A stretch of DNA of 63,867 bases, filler included, from an uncultured Methanosarcinales archaeon (lineage in GTDB: Archaea; Nanobdellota; Nanobdellia; Woesearchaeales; CAYXTQ01), in NCBI GenBank assembly GCA_964608065.1. It is 8 parts of 8 records of this genome, joined end to end, with 100 filler letters (N's around TTAATTAATTAA, not from the genome) between each part and the next. Parts side by side here need not be neighbours in the genome. Positions count along the whole stretch, not along the records: positions 26,571 to 35,108 come from CAZSMA010000063.1; positions 35,209 to 43,672 come from CAZSMA010000064.1; 6 more parts are not named here. The stretch is one strand, 5' to 3'. The notes under the pieces are model-generated. The model had not been told where the DNA came from and searched no databases. It was given only the letters and a program-made list of their open reading frames with translations. How positions within the stretch are numbered: the first letter of the stretch is position 1; the number at the start of each line of letters is the position of its first letter. Shown here piece by piece: positions 31,767 through 40,655 of this stretch. The position numbers and the translations under genes are program-made.

Positions 31767-34096
31767 AAAGAATGGTTATATTTTTTATGTTAATATTATT
31801 GATTCCAATAGTAACAGCTACAACAAATTTAGATTTTAGGTTAGATGTTGAAGAAAAAGGATTTTATCCTAATGAAAAGATACCTCTTAATGTTACTGTT
31901 GTTAATAGAGATGCAACATTTACAGCTAAGGATGCTGAACTAACAGTTAATATAGGAGATAGGTTTTATACTTTTGATTTAGGTGACCTTAAACCAAGTG
32001 AAACGTTTCAAGAAGAAATAATTTTGCCTGAATTTCCTGCTGGAACGCATAGTATAAGAGGAGAGATTAATTATACTGGAATTTTAGGTGAAAGATTTAT
32101 TGAAGTAAGTTATGGTTCATTCGAAGTTTTATTTCCACTAATTGAAAGATATCCAAGAAATGTTTATGTTTCTGCTTATGATCTCCCTGGAAAAATAATC
32201 AGTGGTAAGGATTATGAGGTTAGCATTACAATAACTAATGATGGGGAAGTTAGTGCTGATTTGTTAATAGAATTTGGTTCTATTGATGAATTCTTTGAAG
32301 AAAAAACTAAATTAGAACCTAGTGAAAGTACAACAGTGGAAATGAAAGTTAAATTTGAAAATGATGGAGTTTCTCTTATAGAAGCCAGAACCTATGCATT
32401 GATTAATGGAGAAAAATATTTGCTTAATTATAGGGGTAAAAAAACTTATGTTCAAACAGAAAGGAAGGCTAAACTTATTTTTGATAGAATTGAATTAGTT
32501 AATGAAGGAGATAATAAAATAAATCAAGAAGATAGTGTTAAATTCAAAATTTTTATTAAGAATGACGGCGATATGGCAACAGATGTAAAAGCGGAGTTAT
32601 CTTCAGATATTGAAAAAATAAATATTTTAAATTCAAGTGTTTCTTATGTAACAATAGCAAATAAAGAGAGTGTTGCTTCTTCTGAAGATGTATTTGAAAT
32701 AGAGACTGAAGGAATAGAAACTGGCGATTATGAGTTAAATTTAAGATTAAATTATATTGATTCTGAAAATAGAGAAAAAGAGATTAAATTACCAATTAGT
32801 ATAAGCGAAGGTGGAGATATTTGTGAAAAAGATTTAGATTGTTTAGATTCTCAAACTTGTGGGAATAATCAATGTGTAGAAGTCTTTTGTGAATGTGGTT
32901 ATGTAAAAAATAGAAAATGTATGGGTTATGAATGTTGTTCTGATATTGAGTGTGAAGAAGATTTAATTTGTAATCAAGATAATCATGTATGCGAAATTCC
33001 AACTGATTTAACTAGAGATTTATTAATTATTACTGTTGGTAATAAAATAGATAAAACTGATAAGTATATAAATGCTATAAATAGTTATAGAAAAACATTA
33101 CAACTAGAAAGTCTTAGTTCCATTTATCTTGAATTAGATTCTTCTAAAATTAAAAGATTTTTTAATGTAGAATTAACAGATGCTAATGATTGGAGGGATA
33201 TTAAATCTGTTTTAGATAAAATATTGAGTAAAACAAAATCTAAATATGTCTTAATTTTGGGTGGTAATGGTGTTATTTTACAGCCTCCTGCAAAGACCAC
33301 GGCAGAAATTCCTAGTATCCCTGTGTCTGATGATAGATATGTAGACATAGATTTAGATGGTTTACCAGATATTGCAGTAGGAAGAATCCCAATACCTGAA
33401 AATACTCGTTCTACAACAATAATTGAAACAGCTTTAGACTCTGCAATAAAAATGCATAATAAAAATTCTTTATCAAAAGTTATGTTAACTGATGTATGCT
33501 TGTTTACTCCTTCATGTAGTGGAATTAAAGATGTTAATCAGCTTTCAAATGCTATTTTTGGAGTGGATTGTAGTGAAACTAATTCTTGTTTTCCTGCTCC
33601 TTCATATTGCGAGGATTCAAAATGTTCTCAACAAGATGAATTTTTTAATCAACTTTTAAATCATGACTTTATTAATCTTAATGCACATGCTTCATCTTAT
33701 AGTTTCTCTGCAAAAACAAATGATGGTTGGTATGGTGTACTAACTTCATCAAAATTATATAAGAATCCATTCAATACAAATCCTGTTTTTTCTACGATAG
33801 GTTGTCATAGTGGGACTATAGATCATGGAGAAAATAAAAATGCAAATGTGTTTGCATTTTTGGCTAATGGTGCTTCTATTTTTGTAGGTAATACCCGTTA
33901 TGGATGGGGTAGTCAGCTAACTTCAGGATTATTATCTAAATATTATTTAAATTTAAGGAATGGACAAACATCAGGTGAAGCTATTATGAACATGAAAAGA
34001 AAAGCGCTAGAAGATTCAGATAGTGAGCTCTATAATGCGGCAATTTATGAGATTCAATTATATGGTGATCCAACATTAAAAATTAATATGGAGTGA
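31763..34096 (+). CDS. Secreted peptidase C25 (gingipain-like) with Ig-like and Cys-rich domains
   Basis: YVLILGG, SDDRY, PDIAVGRIP, NAH, GCHSG, LYGDP. Confidence 0.85.
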   Translation: MKRMVIFFMLILLIPIVTATTNLDFRLDVEEKGFYPNEKIPLNVTVVNRDATFTAKDAELTVNIGDRFYTFDLGDLKPSETFQEEIILPEFPAGTHSIRGEINYTGILGERFIEVSYGSFEVLFPLIERYPRNVYVSAYDLPGKIISGKDYEVSITITNDGEVSADLLIEFGSIDEFFEEKTKLEPSESTTVEMKVKFENDGVSLIEARTYALINGEKYLLNYRGKKTYVQTERKAKLIFDRIELVNEGDNKINQEDSVKFKIFIKNDGDMATDVKAELSSDIEKINILNSSVSYVTIANKESVASSEDVFEIETEGIETGDYELNLRLNYIDSENREKEIKLPISISEGGDICEKDLDCLDSQTCGNNQCVEVFCECGYVKNRKCMGYECCSDIECEEDLICNQDNHVCEIPTDLTRDLLIITVGNKIDKTDKYINAINSYRKTLQLESLSSIYLELDSSKIKRFFNVELTDANDWRDIKSVLDKILSKTKSKYVLILGGNGVILQPPAKTTAEIPSIPVSDDRYVDIDLDGLPDIAVGRIPIPENTRSTTIIETALDSAIKMHNKNSLSKVMLTDVCLFTPSCSGIKDVNQLSNAIFGVDCSETNSCFPAPSYCEDSKCSQQDEFFNQLLNHDFINLNAHASSYSFSAKTNDGWYGVLTSSKLYKNPFNTNPVFSTIGCHSGTIDHGENKNANVFAFLANGASIFVGNTRYGWGSQLTSGLLSKYYLNLRNGQTSGEAIMNMKRKALEDSDSELYNAAIYEIQLYGDPTLKINME

Positions 34097-34100
34097 AAAA

Positions 34101-34634
34101 ATGAAAAAAATAATATTTTTAATAATTATATTTGTTCTTTTAGTCATTGCTGGATGTAAATATCAACAATTAAAAGATTTAAATATTTGTGGTGATGGAA
34201 CATGCACTTTAACAGAAGATTGTAGAACTTGTCCAAGTGACTGTGCTTGTAGTAGTGATGAATCTTGTGATTCTTTTGGGGTATGTAGAAAAGCGGTTTG
34301 TGGTGATGAAATCTGTTCTGAAGAAGAAAAATCAAGTAATTCTTGTTGCGAAGATTGTGGTTGTGAAGATGGTAAAATCTGTAATAAAGTAATACAAAAA
34401 TGCCAGGAGAAAATAGAAGTTAATGAAGAAATAATAGAGAATATTGTTAATAAATATTTGAGTGAAAATAAAATTGAAGGAAAAATTAAAAAAACAATAG
34501 ATGCTTATTATAAAGAGCAAATAATAAAAAAAGTTACAATTGATTGTGGCAAAAAAGAATTACCTTACCCTTGTGAGATTATTTTATTTATTAATGAAAA
34601 AGGAGAAATAGTTGAAGAAGTGAGAACTGTATAA
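34101..34634 (+). CDS. Cys-rich lipoprotein
   Basis: Lipobox IAGC; CGDGTC...CPSDC repeats. Confidence 0.8.
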   Translation: MKKIIFLIIIFVLLVIAGCKYQQLKDLNICGDGTCTLTEDCRTCPSDCACSSDESCDSFGVCRKAVCGDEICSEEEKSSNSCCEDCGCEDGKICNKVIQKCQEKIEVNEEIIENIVNKYLSENKIEGKIKKTIDAYYKEQIIKKVTIDCGKKELPYPCEIILFINEKGEIVEEVRTV

Positions 34635-34657
34635 AGGTAAAATAAAAAAAAGATATT

Positions 34658-35047
34658 TTACTCTATATTAAAAGTGTTAGATTCACGGGTTTCGTAAGCA
34701 TATTCTAGCTCAAATATTACTTCTGGCTTATAATCTTCATCAAATAAGTATATTCCTTGGCTATTTAATAGACTAACTTGCTTAGCTTCGCATGTAATTA
34801 TGGCTTCGTCATTCTCATCTAATTTAACTTCCTGGCATTGCAAGTCTGCTGAAACAGGGAACCTGATTATATTTGTTTTTATTTTCTTTTTATCTTCATC
34901 AATCGGAGTAAAAGGTACACATTGTTCATTTACTCTTTGCAAGTCCCAAAGATTGCCGTCGCCAACATTGTCAACTTCTATCCTAAAAATAATTGTCACT
35001 AAATTATCACTTAAAGGAATGCTGTTTTCTTCTTTGATCATTGTCAT
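34658..35047 (-). CDS. C-terminal part of a probable exported protein, near contig edge
   Basis: ORF track; VDNVGDG beta-rich segment. Confidence 0.5.
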   Translation of the reverse strand: MTMIKEENSIPLSDNLVTIIFRIEVDNVGDGNLWDLQRVNEQCVPFTPIDEDKKKIKTNIIRFPVSADLQCQEVKLDENDEAIITCEAKQVSLLNSQGIYLFDEDYKPEVIFELEYAYETRESNTFNIE

Positions 35048-35316
35048 GTGCTTCTTGAACGTGATGAACCATCATCCTCGGATAGTGCGATTTTTAATCC
35101 TTGCTTCANNNNNNNNNNNNNNNNNNNNNNNNNNNNNNNNNNNNNNNNNNNNTTAATTAATTAANNNNNNNNNNNNNNNNNNNNNNNNNNNNNNNNNNNN
35201 NNNNNNNNTATAGTAGTAAATTTAAGTAAATTAAAAAAAATTTTAAAAAAAATTTAAAAAAAAAAAAAAAAAGATTTATATATAAGTTATTATATATTGA
35301 CTATAGATGATATATA

Positions 35317-35541
35317 ATGGCAAGCACAACTATACAACTTGATAAATCAATTGTAAATTCATTAAAAGAGGTAAGGGAATATCCTAGGCAGACCTATAAT
35401 GAACTTATTAAAGGTATGATCCAGTTATTTAAGAGTGTAAAAAAAAAGAATCAATACGATGAATTTCTTCATAAAATTCAGCAAGCAAAGATGAAAGAAT
35501 TATGGGACAACAGGGAAGATGATGAATGGGAGAACGCTTAA
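35317..35541 (+). CDS. Antitoxin-like protein
   Basis: TTIQL..TYNELI; LWDNREDDEW tail; upstream of PemK. Confidence 0.75.
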   Translation: MASTTIQLDKSIVNSLKEVREYPRQTYNELIKGMIQLFKSVKKKNQYDEFLHKIQQAKMKELWDNREDDEWENA

Positions 35542-35589
35542 AAATAGTTTCACGATTTTTGGCGTGTCAAAAACAGGAGGTTTTTAAAC
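35534..35589. repeat. Double-hairpin palindromic element between antitoxin and toxin
   Basis: CGCTTAAAAAT..ATTTTTGGCG and AAAAAC-AGGAG-GTTTTT; resembles the reverse complement of 36984-37040. Confidence 0.6.
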
Positions 35590-35901
35590 ATGCCTGAAGC
35601 AGGAGATGTAGTTTTAACTAATGTTCAATTTGCTGATACTTTTGAAATCAAGAAGAGGCCTGCTTTGGTTTTATTTGAGGAATTTGATAATGTTGTAGTG
35701 GCAGGAATAACAAGTAATCTTGAGATGAAGGGCATACTTTTAAAGAAAAAAGAAGGTGCAGTAAAAGATAGTGTTATAAAACTAAATTATATATTTACTA
35801 TTTCTAAGATGATGATAGAGAAAACACTATTCTCTCTATCTAAAGAGAAAAGAAAAGAAGTATATGATGAATTAGTTAAAAGATTGAAAGATTTGTCTTA
35901 A
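35590..35901 (+). CDS. PemK/MazF family toxin
   Basis: GDVVL..F.D..KKRPALV..ITS. Confidence 0.9.
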   Translation: MPEAGDVVLTNVQFADTFEIKKRPALVLFEEFDNVVVAGITSNLEMKGILLKKKEGAVKDSVIKLNYIFTISKMMIEKTLFSLSKEKRKEVYDELVKRLKDLS

Positions 35902-35953
35902 ATAATTTTAATAGAAAACTATTTATAGCTGTTAAATCTTAAAATATTCTATC

Positions 35954-36406
35954 ATGGCTAAAACTATTTCAAAAGATACTCCATTGGCTGAGATAACTTT
36001 AAGAAGATATGAGAAGCCTGATAATTTAAGTGATAGGGGGCTAGTTAGGAAGTTATGTTTGAGTATTGGATTATTGCAGCCAGGAGATTCCAGGGATGTT
36101 GTAGTTGATGTTCTGCATGTTATGCTTAAGAATAAAGATAAAGAGCTAAGTTCAGAAAAAGTTAAGGAATTGGTTATTAAATTAAGAAAGCAGAAGAAAT
36201 TAGCATTGCATGGAATAGCTTCTTCTAATATAAGAAGGCAGTTGAAAAGGTTAAGAGCTTTGTTTTTGATAGAGAAGGTTGCTAATAAATACAGAATTAA
36301 TGAGAAAGCATCTTTATTAGAGATATATGAAGAGAAGATAGAGAAGTTTTTGTTAGAATCTATTAAAAATAGGGTTAAAGAATATTTCAAGGCTGTTTCT
36401 AAGTAG
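35954..36406 (+). CDS. Conserved winged-helix-like hypothetical protein
   Basis: EITLRRYEKP, LCLSIGLLQPGDSRD, SNIRRQLKRL. Confidence 0.8.
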   Translation: MAKTISKDTPLAEITLRRYEKPDNLSDRGLVRKLCLSIGLLQPGDSRDVVVDVLHVMLKNKDKELSSEKVKELVIKLRKQKKLALHGIASSNIRRQLKRLRALFLIEKVANKYRINEKASLLEIYEEKIEKFLLESIKNRVKEYFKAVSK

Positions 36407-36448
36407 TAAGATTTATATATGATTTATAATCAGAAAAATTGAAAAAAA

Positions 36449-36535
36449 GGTACTGGGAAATCAGAGATACGAGAAAATCAAAGATTTTCTGTATCTCCTG
36501 AAAATCGAAAAGATTTTCATGAGATTTCCGGTACC
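36449..36535. repeat. Branched palindromic element: two GAAAATC/GATTTTC hairpins closed by an outer stem
   Basis: GGTAC..GGAAATC / GATTTCC.GTACC; GAGATAC/GTATCTC; AGAAAATC/GATTTTCT; TGAAAATC/GATTTTCA. Confidence 0.85.
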
Positions 36536-36563
36536 TCTTCGTAAAACTCAGAGGTGATAAATT

Positions 36564-36692
36564 ATGGAATGCGATAACTGCAATGGAAAATTAACTAAGA
36601 AAGATAGTATGAACAGCGGTAATGCTAAGTATGTAAAGTATGTCTGTGATAAATGTGGTAATGTAGAGAATAAGTGTGAAGGGCTTACATAA
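36564..36692 (+). CDS. 42-aa zinc-ribbon microprotein (absent from ORF track)
   Basis: GAGGTGA RBS; MECDNCNGKL...YVCDKCGNVENKCEGLT*. Confidence 0.75.
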   Translation: MECDNCNGKLTKKDSMNSGNAKYVKYVCDKCGNVENKCEGLT

Positions 36693-36733
36693 AGCAAAAA
36701 TTTTAAATAAAGTCTCAGTTAATCATAAACATT

Positions 36734-37924
36734 ATGCAAGAAATTTATGAACCAAGAGAAGACTCTTATTTATTATTAAAACAGGTTAAAAAATACTCTA
36801 AAGGTATTGTTTTAGACATGGGAACTGGTTCTGGGATACAGGCTTTAGGAGCTGCTAAAAATAAAAATGTAAAAAAAGTTATTGCTGCAGACATCAATAA
36901 AAAAGTAATTCAATCATTAAAAAAAAATAAAATAAAATTTATTCAAAGTGATCTGTTCTCAAATATAAATCAAAAGTTTGATATGTCGGTAAATCGCAAA
37001 GCGATTTCCGATCATGCTCAAAAACCTATGGTTTTTGACACAATCATATTTAATCCTCCATACTTGCCTGAAGATCCAAAACTAAAGGATTTGACTTTGG
37101 ACGGGGGGAAACAGGGCTATGAAGTTATTGAAAGATTCCTGAATGAAGTTAACAATTACCTTAAAACTGATGGAATAATATTGATTGTGTTCTCTTCTTT
37201 AACAAAAAAAAAGAAAGTTGATGAATTTATTCAGAATAATATGCTGGAGTTTAGGTTATTGGAAAAACAGCATATTTTTTTTGAAGATTTGTATGTTTAT
37301 TTGATTGAAAAATCTGAAATATTAAAACAATTAGAGAAAAGAAAAATAAAAAACATTAAAAAACTTACAAAAGGTCATAGAGGATTGATTTATACTGGAA
37401 ATAATAAGGAGATTACAATCAAAATAAAAAATCCTGAGTCTGAAGCTATTGACAGGATTAAAAACGAAGTAAATTATTTAAGATTATTAAACAAACATAA
37501 TATTGGTCCTAAACTATTATTTTTTTCTGATGATTATTTTGTCTATGATTTTATCGACGGAGATTTTATTGAAGATTATATAAAAAAATCAAGTAAAAGC
37601 AATATAATCAAAGTGTTAAAAGAAGTTTTTGAGCAAATGTTTGTTTTAGATAAATTGAAAATAAACAAAGAAGAAATGCACCATCCTGTGAAACATGTTA
37701 TAATTAGCAAGAATACGCCTGTATTGCTAGATTTCGAGCGTTGTCGTAAAACTTTAAAACCCCATAATGTAACACAGTTCTGCCAGTATTTGATTAAGAT
37801 TACAAAATTGTTGAAAGAAAAGAAAATAAACATTAATAAAGATAAAATAATTGAATTATCTAAAAGGTATAAGAAAAAATATGATAAGAAGATTTTGGGG
37901 TTGATATTAAATGAAATTCAATGA
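36734..37924 (+). CDS. HemK2/N6AMT1-like methyltransferase fused to a small kinase-like domain; carries a 19-aa insertion
   Basis: IYEPREDS, DMGTGSG, FNPPY; KGHRG, KEEMHHP, LLDFE. Confidence 0.9.
   Translation: MQEIYEPREDSYLLLKQVKKYSKGIVLDMGTGSGIQALGAAKNKNVKKVIAADINKKVIQSLKKNKIKFIQSDLFSNINQKFDMSVNRKAISDHAQKPMVFDTIIFNPPYLPEDPKLKDLTLDGGKQGYEVIERFLNEVNNYLKTDGIILIVFSSLTKKKKVDEFIQNNMLEFRLLEKQHIFFEDLYVYLIEKSEILKQLEKRKIKNIKKLTKGHRGLIYTGNNKEITIKIKNPESEAIDRIKNEVNYLRLLNKHNIGPKLLFFSDDYFVYDFIDGDFIEDYIKKSSKSNIIKVLKEVFEQMFVLDKLKINKEEMHHPVKHVIISKNTPVLLDFERCRKTLKPHNVTQFCQYLIKITKLLKEKKININKDKIIELSKRYKKKYDKKILGLILNEIQ
36984..37040. mobile_element. 57-bp in-frame palindromic insertion
   Basis: TGTC...GACA ends, two hairpins; removal gives KFDTIIFNPPY. 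Confidence 0.75.
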
Positions 37925-37979
37925 AAAAGTTTACAAAATTGTAAAAAAAATACCAAAAGGAAAAGTAACTACATATAAA
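37911..37979 (+). pseudogene. Orphaned original 5' end of the MGMT/ogt-family gene
   Basis: MKFNEKVYKIVKKIPKGKVTTYK, then homology stops; frame ends at TGA 38019-38021. Confidence 0.85.
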
Positions 37980-37981
37980 AA

Positions 37982-37996
37982 CGGAAGATTTATATA
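37982..37996 (+). promoter_or_regulatory. BRE/TATA promoter carried by the endonuclease insert
   Basis: CGGAAGA-TTTATATA about 22 nt before ATG 38018. Confidence 0.6.
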
Positions 37997-38017
37997 TTCA
38001 AAAATCTTTATTTATTT

Positions 38018-39316
38018 ATGAGAACTTGGAAGAAACATGAACTGGATTTCTTAAAACAGAATTATAAGACTTTAGATTATAAATATATTCGTAAAAAATT
38101 AAATCGCTCGATAGGAAGTATATACTGGAAATGTTTTGACCTAGGGTTGAAGAAAGGTAGATGGACTGAAAAAAATAGACTAACTAAAAATAAGGTAATT
38201 AAATTGTTAATAGAACAAAGTAGAAAATTAAACAAATCTCCATCTGTAAGAGACATACCTATATCTTTAAGATCTGCTTGTCAAAAACATTTTGGCAACT
38301 TTAATAATGCAAAAAAACATGCAGGTTTAGGTATCAAAGAGTATTATCCAAAATTAAAAAAACAATGCTACAATGAAAGTAAAGAACTAGCTTATATAGC
38401 TGGTGCACTAATTGGTGATGGTAGTTTTAGATTACAAAAATCTAAGAAGAGGTCATGTTATGTTATGATTTTTGCAACTAAAGATAAAGATTTTATGGAT
38501 TTTTTTGTTCATAATTTTAATAAGTGGTGTAATTATAAACCTAAAATAAAAAAAAAAGAAGGGGGCTATAAAAAATTTCCTAGTGGTAAATATTATAATT
38601 ATAATGAGACATACATAACTCAGATTCCTTTTAAAGAAGCCTGGAAATTTTTAAAAAAATTTAAGGATAATCCAATTTTTTGTATAAAATTATTTTCAGA
38701 TGAAAACCTTAAATGGTTAATTAAGGGTTTATGGGATGCTGAAGGATGTGTAAGCGTAACAAAACAAGGATATATGAGAATCTATTTTAGTAATTCTGAT
38801 AAAAAAGTAATAGACTTATATAAAAGATTATTAAAAAAATTTAATTTTACATTTTCTCTTTACAAACAAGGTAAATCCGTTAATATAAATATACTCAACG
38901 AATATGAAATGTTAAGATTTATTAACCTAATTTATGGAATAACTATAAAAAGAAAAGAAACAGAAGCTATAATAAACAAATTAAGAAACCAAAAAATTTC
39001 TAAAGATGATGAGAATTTTACACAAGCTGTTTATAGACTGGTTAAACAGATTCCTCGTGGACGTGTGTCTACTTACGCTAATATTGCACGAGCTCTAAAA
39101 ACAAAAGCATACAGAGCTGTTGGTAATGCTTTAAGATGTAATCCCTATGCTCCAAAAGTGTCATGTCATAGAGTTATTGCTTCTGACGGAAGTTTAGGCG
39201 GGTTTATGGGCAAAACTAAAGGAAAAACAATTGAAAAGAAGATTAGATTGTTAAGAAAAGAGGGAGTAAAGATAAATAAAAATAAAATAAATTTAAAAAG
39301 ATATTTATGGAAATAA
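38018..39316 (+). CDS. LAGLIDADG endonuclease fused to a complete MGMT (O6-alkylguanine alkyltransferase) domain
   Basis: AYIAGALIGDG and LIKGLWDAEG; then VYRLVKQIPRGRVSTY..RAVGNAL..SCHRV..LLRKEG; no intein termini. Confidence 0.9.
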   Translation: MRTWKKHELDFLKQNYKTLDYKYIRKKLNRSIGSIYWKCFDLGLKKGRWTEKNRLTKNKVIKLLIEQSRKLNKSPSVRDIPISLRSACQKHFGNFNNAKKHAGLGIKEYYPKLKKQCYNESKELAYIAGALIGDGSFRLQKSKKRSCYVMIFATKDKDFMDFFVHNFNKWCNYKPKIKKKEGGYKKFPSGKYYNYNETYITQIPFKEAWKFLKKFKDNPIFCIKLFSDENLKWLIKGLWDAEGCVSVTKQGYMRIYFSNSDKKVIDLYKRLLKKFNFTFSLYKQGKSVNINILNEYEMLRFINLIYGITIKRKETEAIINKLRNQKISKDDENFTQAVYRLVKQIPRGRVSTYANIARALKTKAYRAVGNALRCNPYAPKVSCHRVIASDGSLGGFMGKTKGKTIEKKIRLLRKEGVKINKNKINLKRYLWK

Positions 39317-40240
39317 TCATTTCTTATTCTTTTTCTTAACTTTCTTTATCTCTTTGTCAAGATCTAGTTCTTCTAATAGCTCTTTGTATCTGTTTCTGAT
39401 TGTGACTTCTGTTACACCAGCTACATCTGCAACTTCTCTCTGAGTTCTTTTTTCACCATGTATCAAAGCTGCAACATATAAAGCTGCTGCTGCAATACCA
39501 GTTGGGCCTCTTCCAGAAGTTAATTCTGCTTTCTGAGCTTTTTCTAGAATTTCAACAGCCCTTGATTGAGTTTCAGGGCTTAATTTCAAAGATGAAGCGA
39601 ATCTTGCAATATAATCTGCTGGATTTGAAGGTAATATTGTTATACCTAATTCTCTTGTGACAAATCTATAAGTTCTTCCGATTTCTTTTTTCTCTATACC
39701 TGAAGCTTCTGATAATTCGTCTAATGTTCTTGGAACTTCATGCCTTCTACAAGCAGCGTATAAAGCTCCAGCAACAACAGATTCCATACTTCTGCCTCTA
39801 ACTAATCCTCTTTGGACAGCTAGAGTGTAAATTCTTGCTGATTCTTCTTCAACTGAACCTGGAAGCTTCAAATAAGAAGATACCCTCTTTAATTCAGCTA
39901 AAGCAAGCTTCAAATTACGTTCAATAGCTGTAGAAATCCTGTATTGCCATTTTCTAAGTCTAAAGAACTTATTTCTGTTTTTATCTCCTAAACCATATAA
40001 ATCTGATTTTGTTCCAACTTCTGTTCCTAACCCTTGATCATACTGTGTATAAGTCATAGGAGCTCCTGTCCTACGTTTTTTTTCACCATCATCACTATCA
40101 AATTCTCTCCATTCTTGTGTAAAGTCAACCATCTTGTCTTCTATGACTAGACCGCAGTCTTTACAGATGACTTCTCCTTTTTCTTTATTTAAAAAAAGGT
40201 TAATTCCACCACATTCTGGACATTTTTTTACATAAGACAT
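39317..40240 (-). CDS. tfb: Transcription initiation factor IIB
   Basis: CPECG zinc ribbon, EWREF, RGRS, TQREVADVAGVTEVTIRNRY. Confidence 0.97.
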   Translation of the reverse strand: MSYVKKCPECGGINLFLNKEKGEVICKDCGLVIEDKMVDFTQEWREFDSDDGEKKRRTGAPMTYTQYDQGLGTEVGTKSDLYGLGDKNRNKFFRLRKWQYRISTAIERNLKLALAELKRVSSYLKLPGSVEEESARIYTLAVQRGLVRGRSMESVVAGALYAACRRHEVPRTLDELSEASGIEKKEIGRTYRFVTRELGITILPSNPADYIARFASSLKLSPETQSRAVEILEKAQKAELTSGRGPTGIAAAALYVAALIHGEKRTQREVADVAGVTEVTIRNRYKELLEELDLDKEIKKVKKKNKK

Positions 40241-40616
40241 TTTTTATCACCATGATATTTTTATATCTAAAGAATTATGCTTTAATGTATTCTTTATTCA
40301 GGTAAGCACCCCCGTTATAATAATCCAATAATTACAATAAATTTATAAACAGAATGCGTATCATATATATAAAGGTTTCTGTTTTTTTTTGTGTTTTTTA
40401 GCAAAACTTATAAAGGGTTTTATTATGTAAATAGTCTTGAAAAGTTAGTTTATAGTTTTTATTGACTCTATTTTTTTAAAAAAAAGGTTTAAATGAGTCT
40501 TAAAAGTATAATAAAGCTTGGTTTAAGCTCTTATTAGTAAATAAATGATTATTAACTTTAGGTTAGTCAATAATTAGCAAACTTTTTAATGATTTTTGTT
40601 TTATAGAATTATTTTA

Positions 40617-40630
40617 ATAAAATTTATAAA
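40617..40630 (+). promoter_or_regulatory. TATA box of tRNA-Ser
   Basis: A-rich BRE and TTTATAAA about 25 nt upstream of the tRNA. Confidence 0.65.
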
Positions 40631-40655
40631 CAATAGCAAATACCTATAAACCTAT

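Noticed and set aside
36990..37042. BHB-like fold (TGTC/GACA helix) in the methyltransferase insert
   Set aside because: Canonical cuts would remove 53 nt and shift the frame; outer helix is weak
38018..39010. Intein interpretation of the LAGLIDADG ORFs (also 45107-46333)
   Set aside because: No Cys/Ser start fused to an N-extein and no His-Asn end; both have their own start codons
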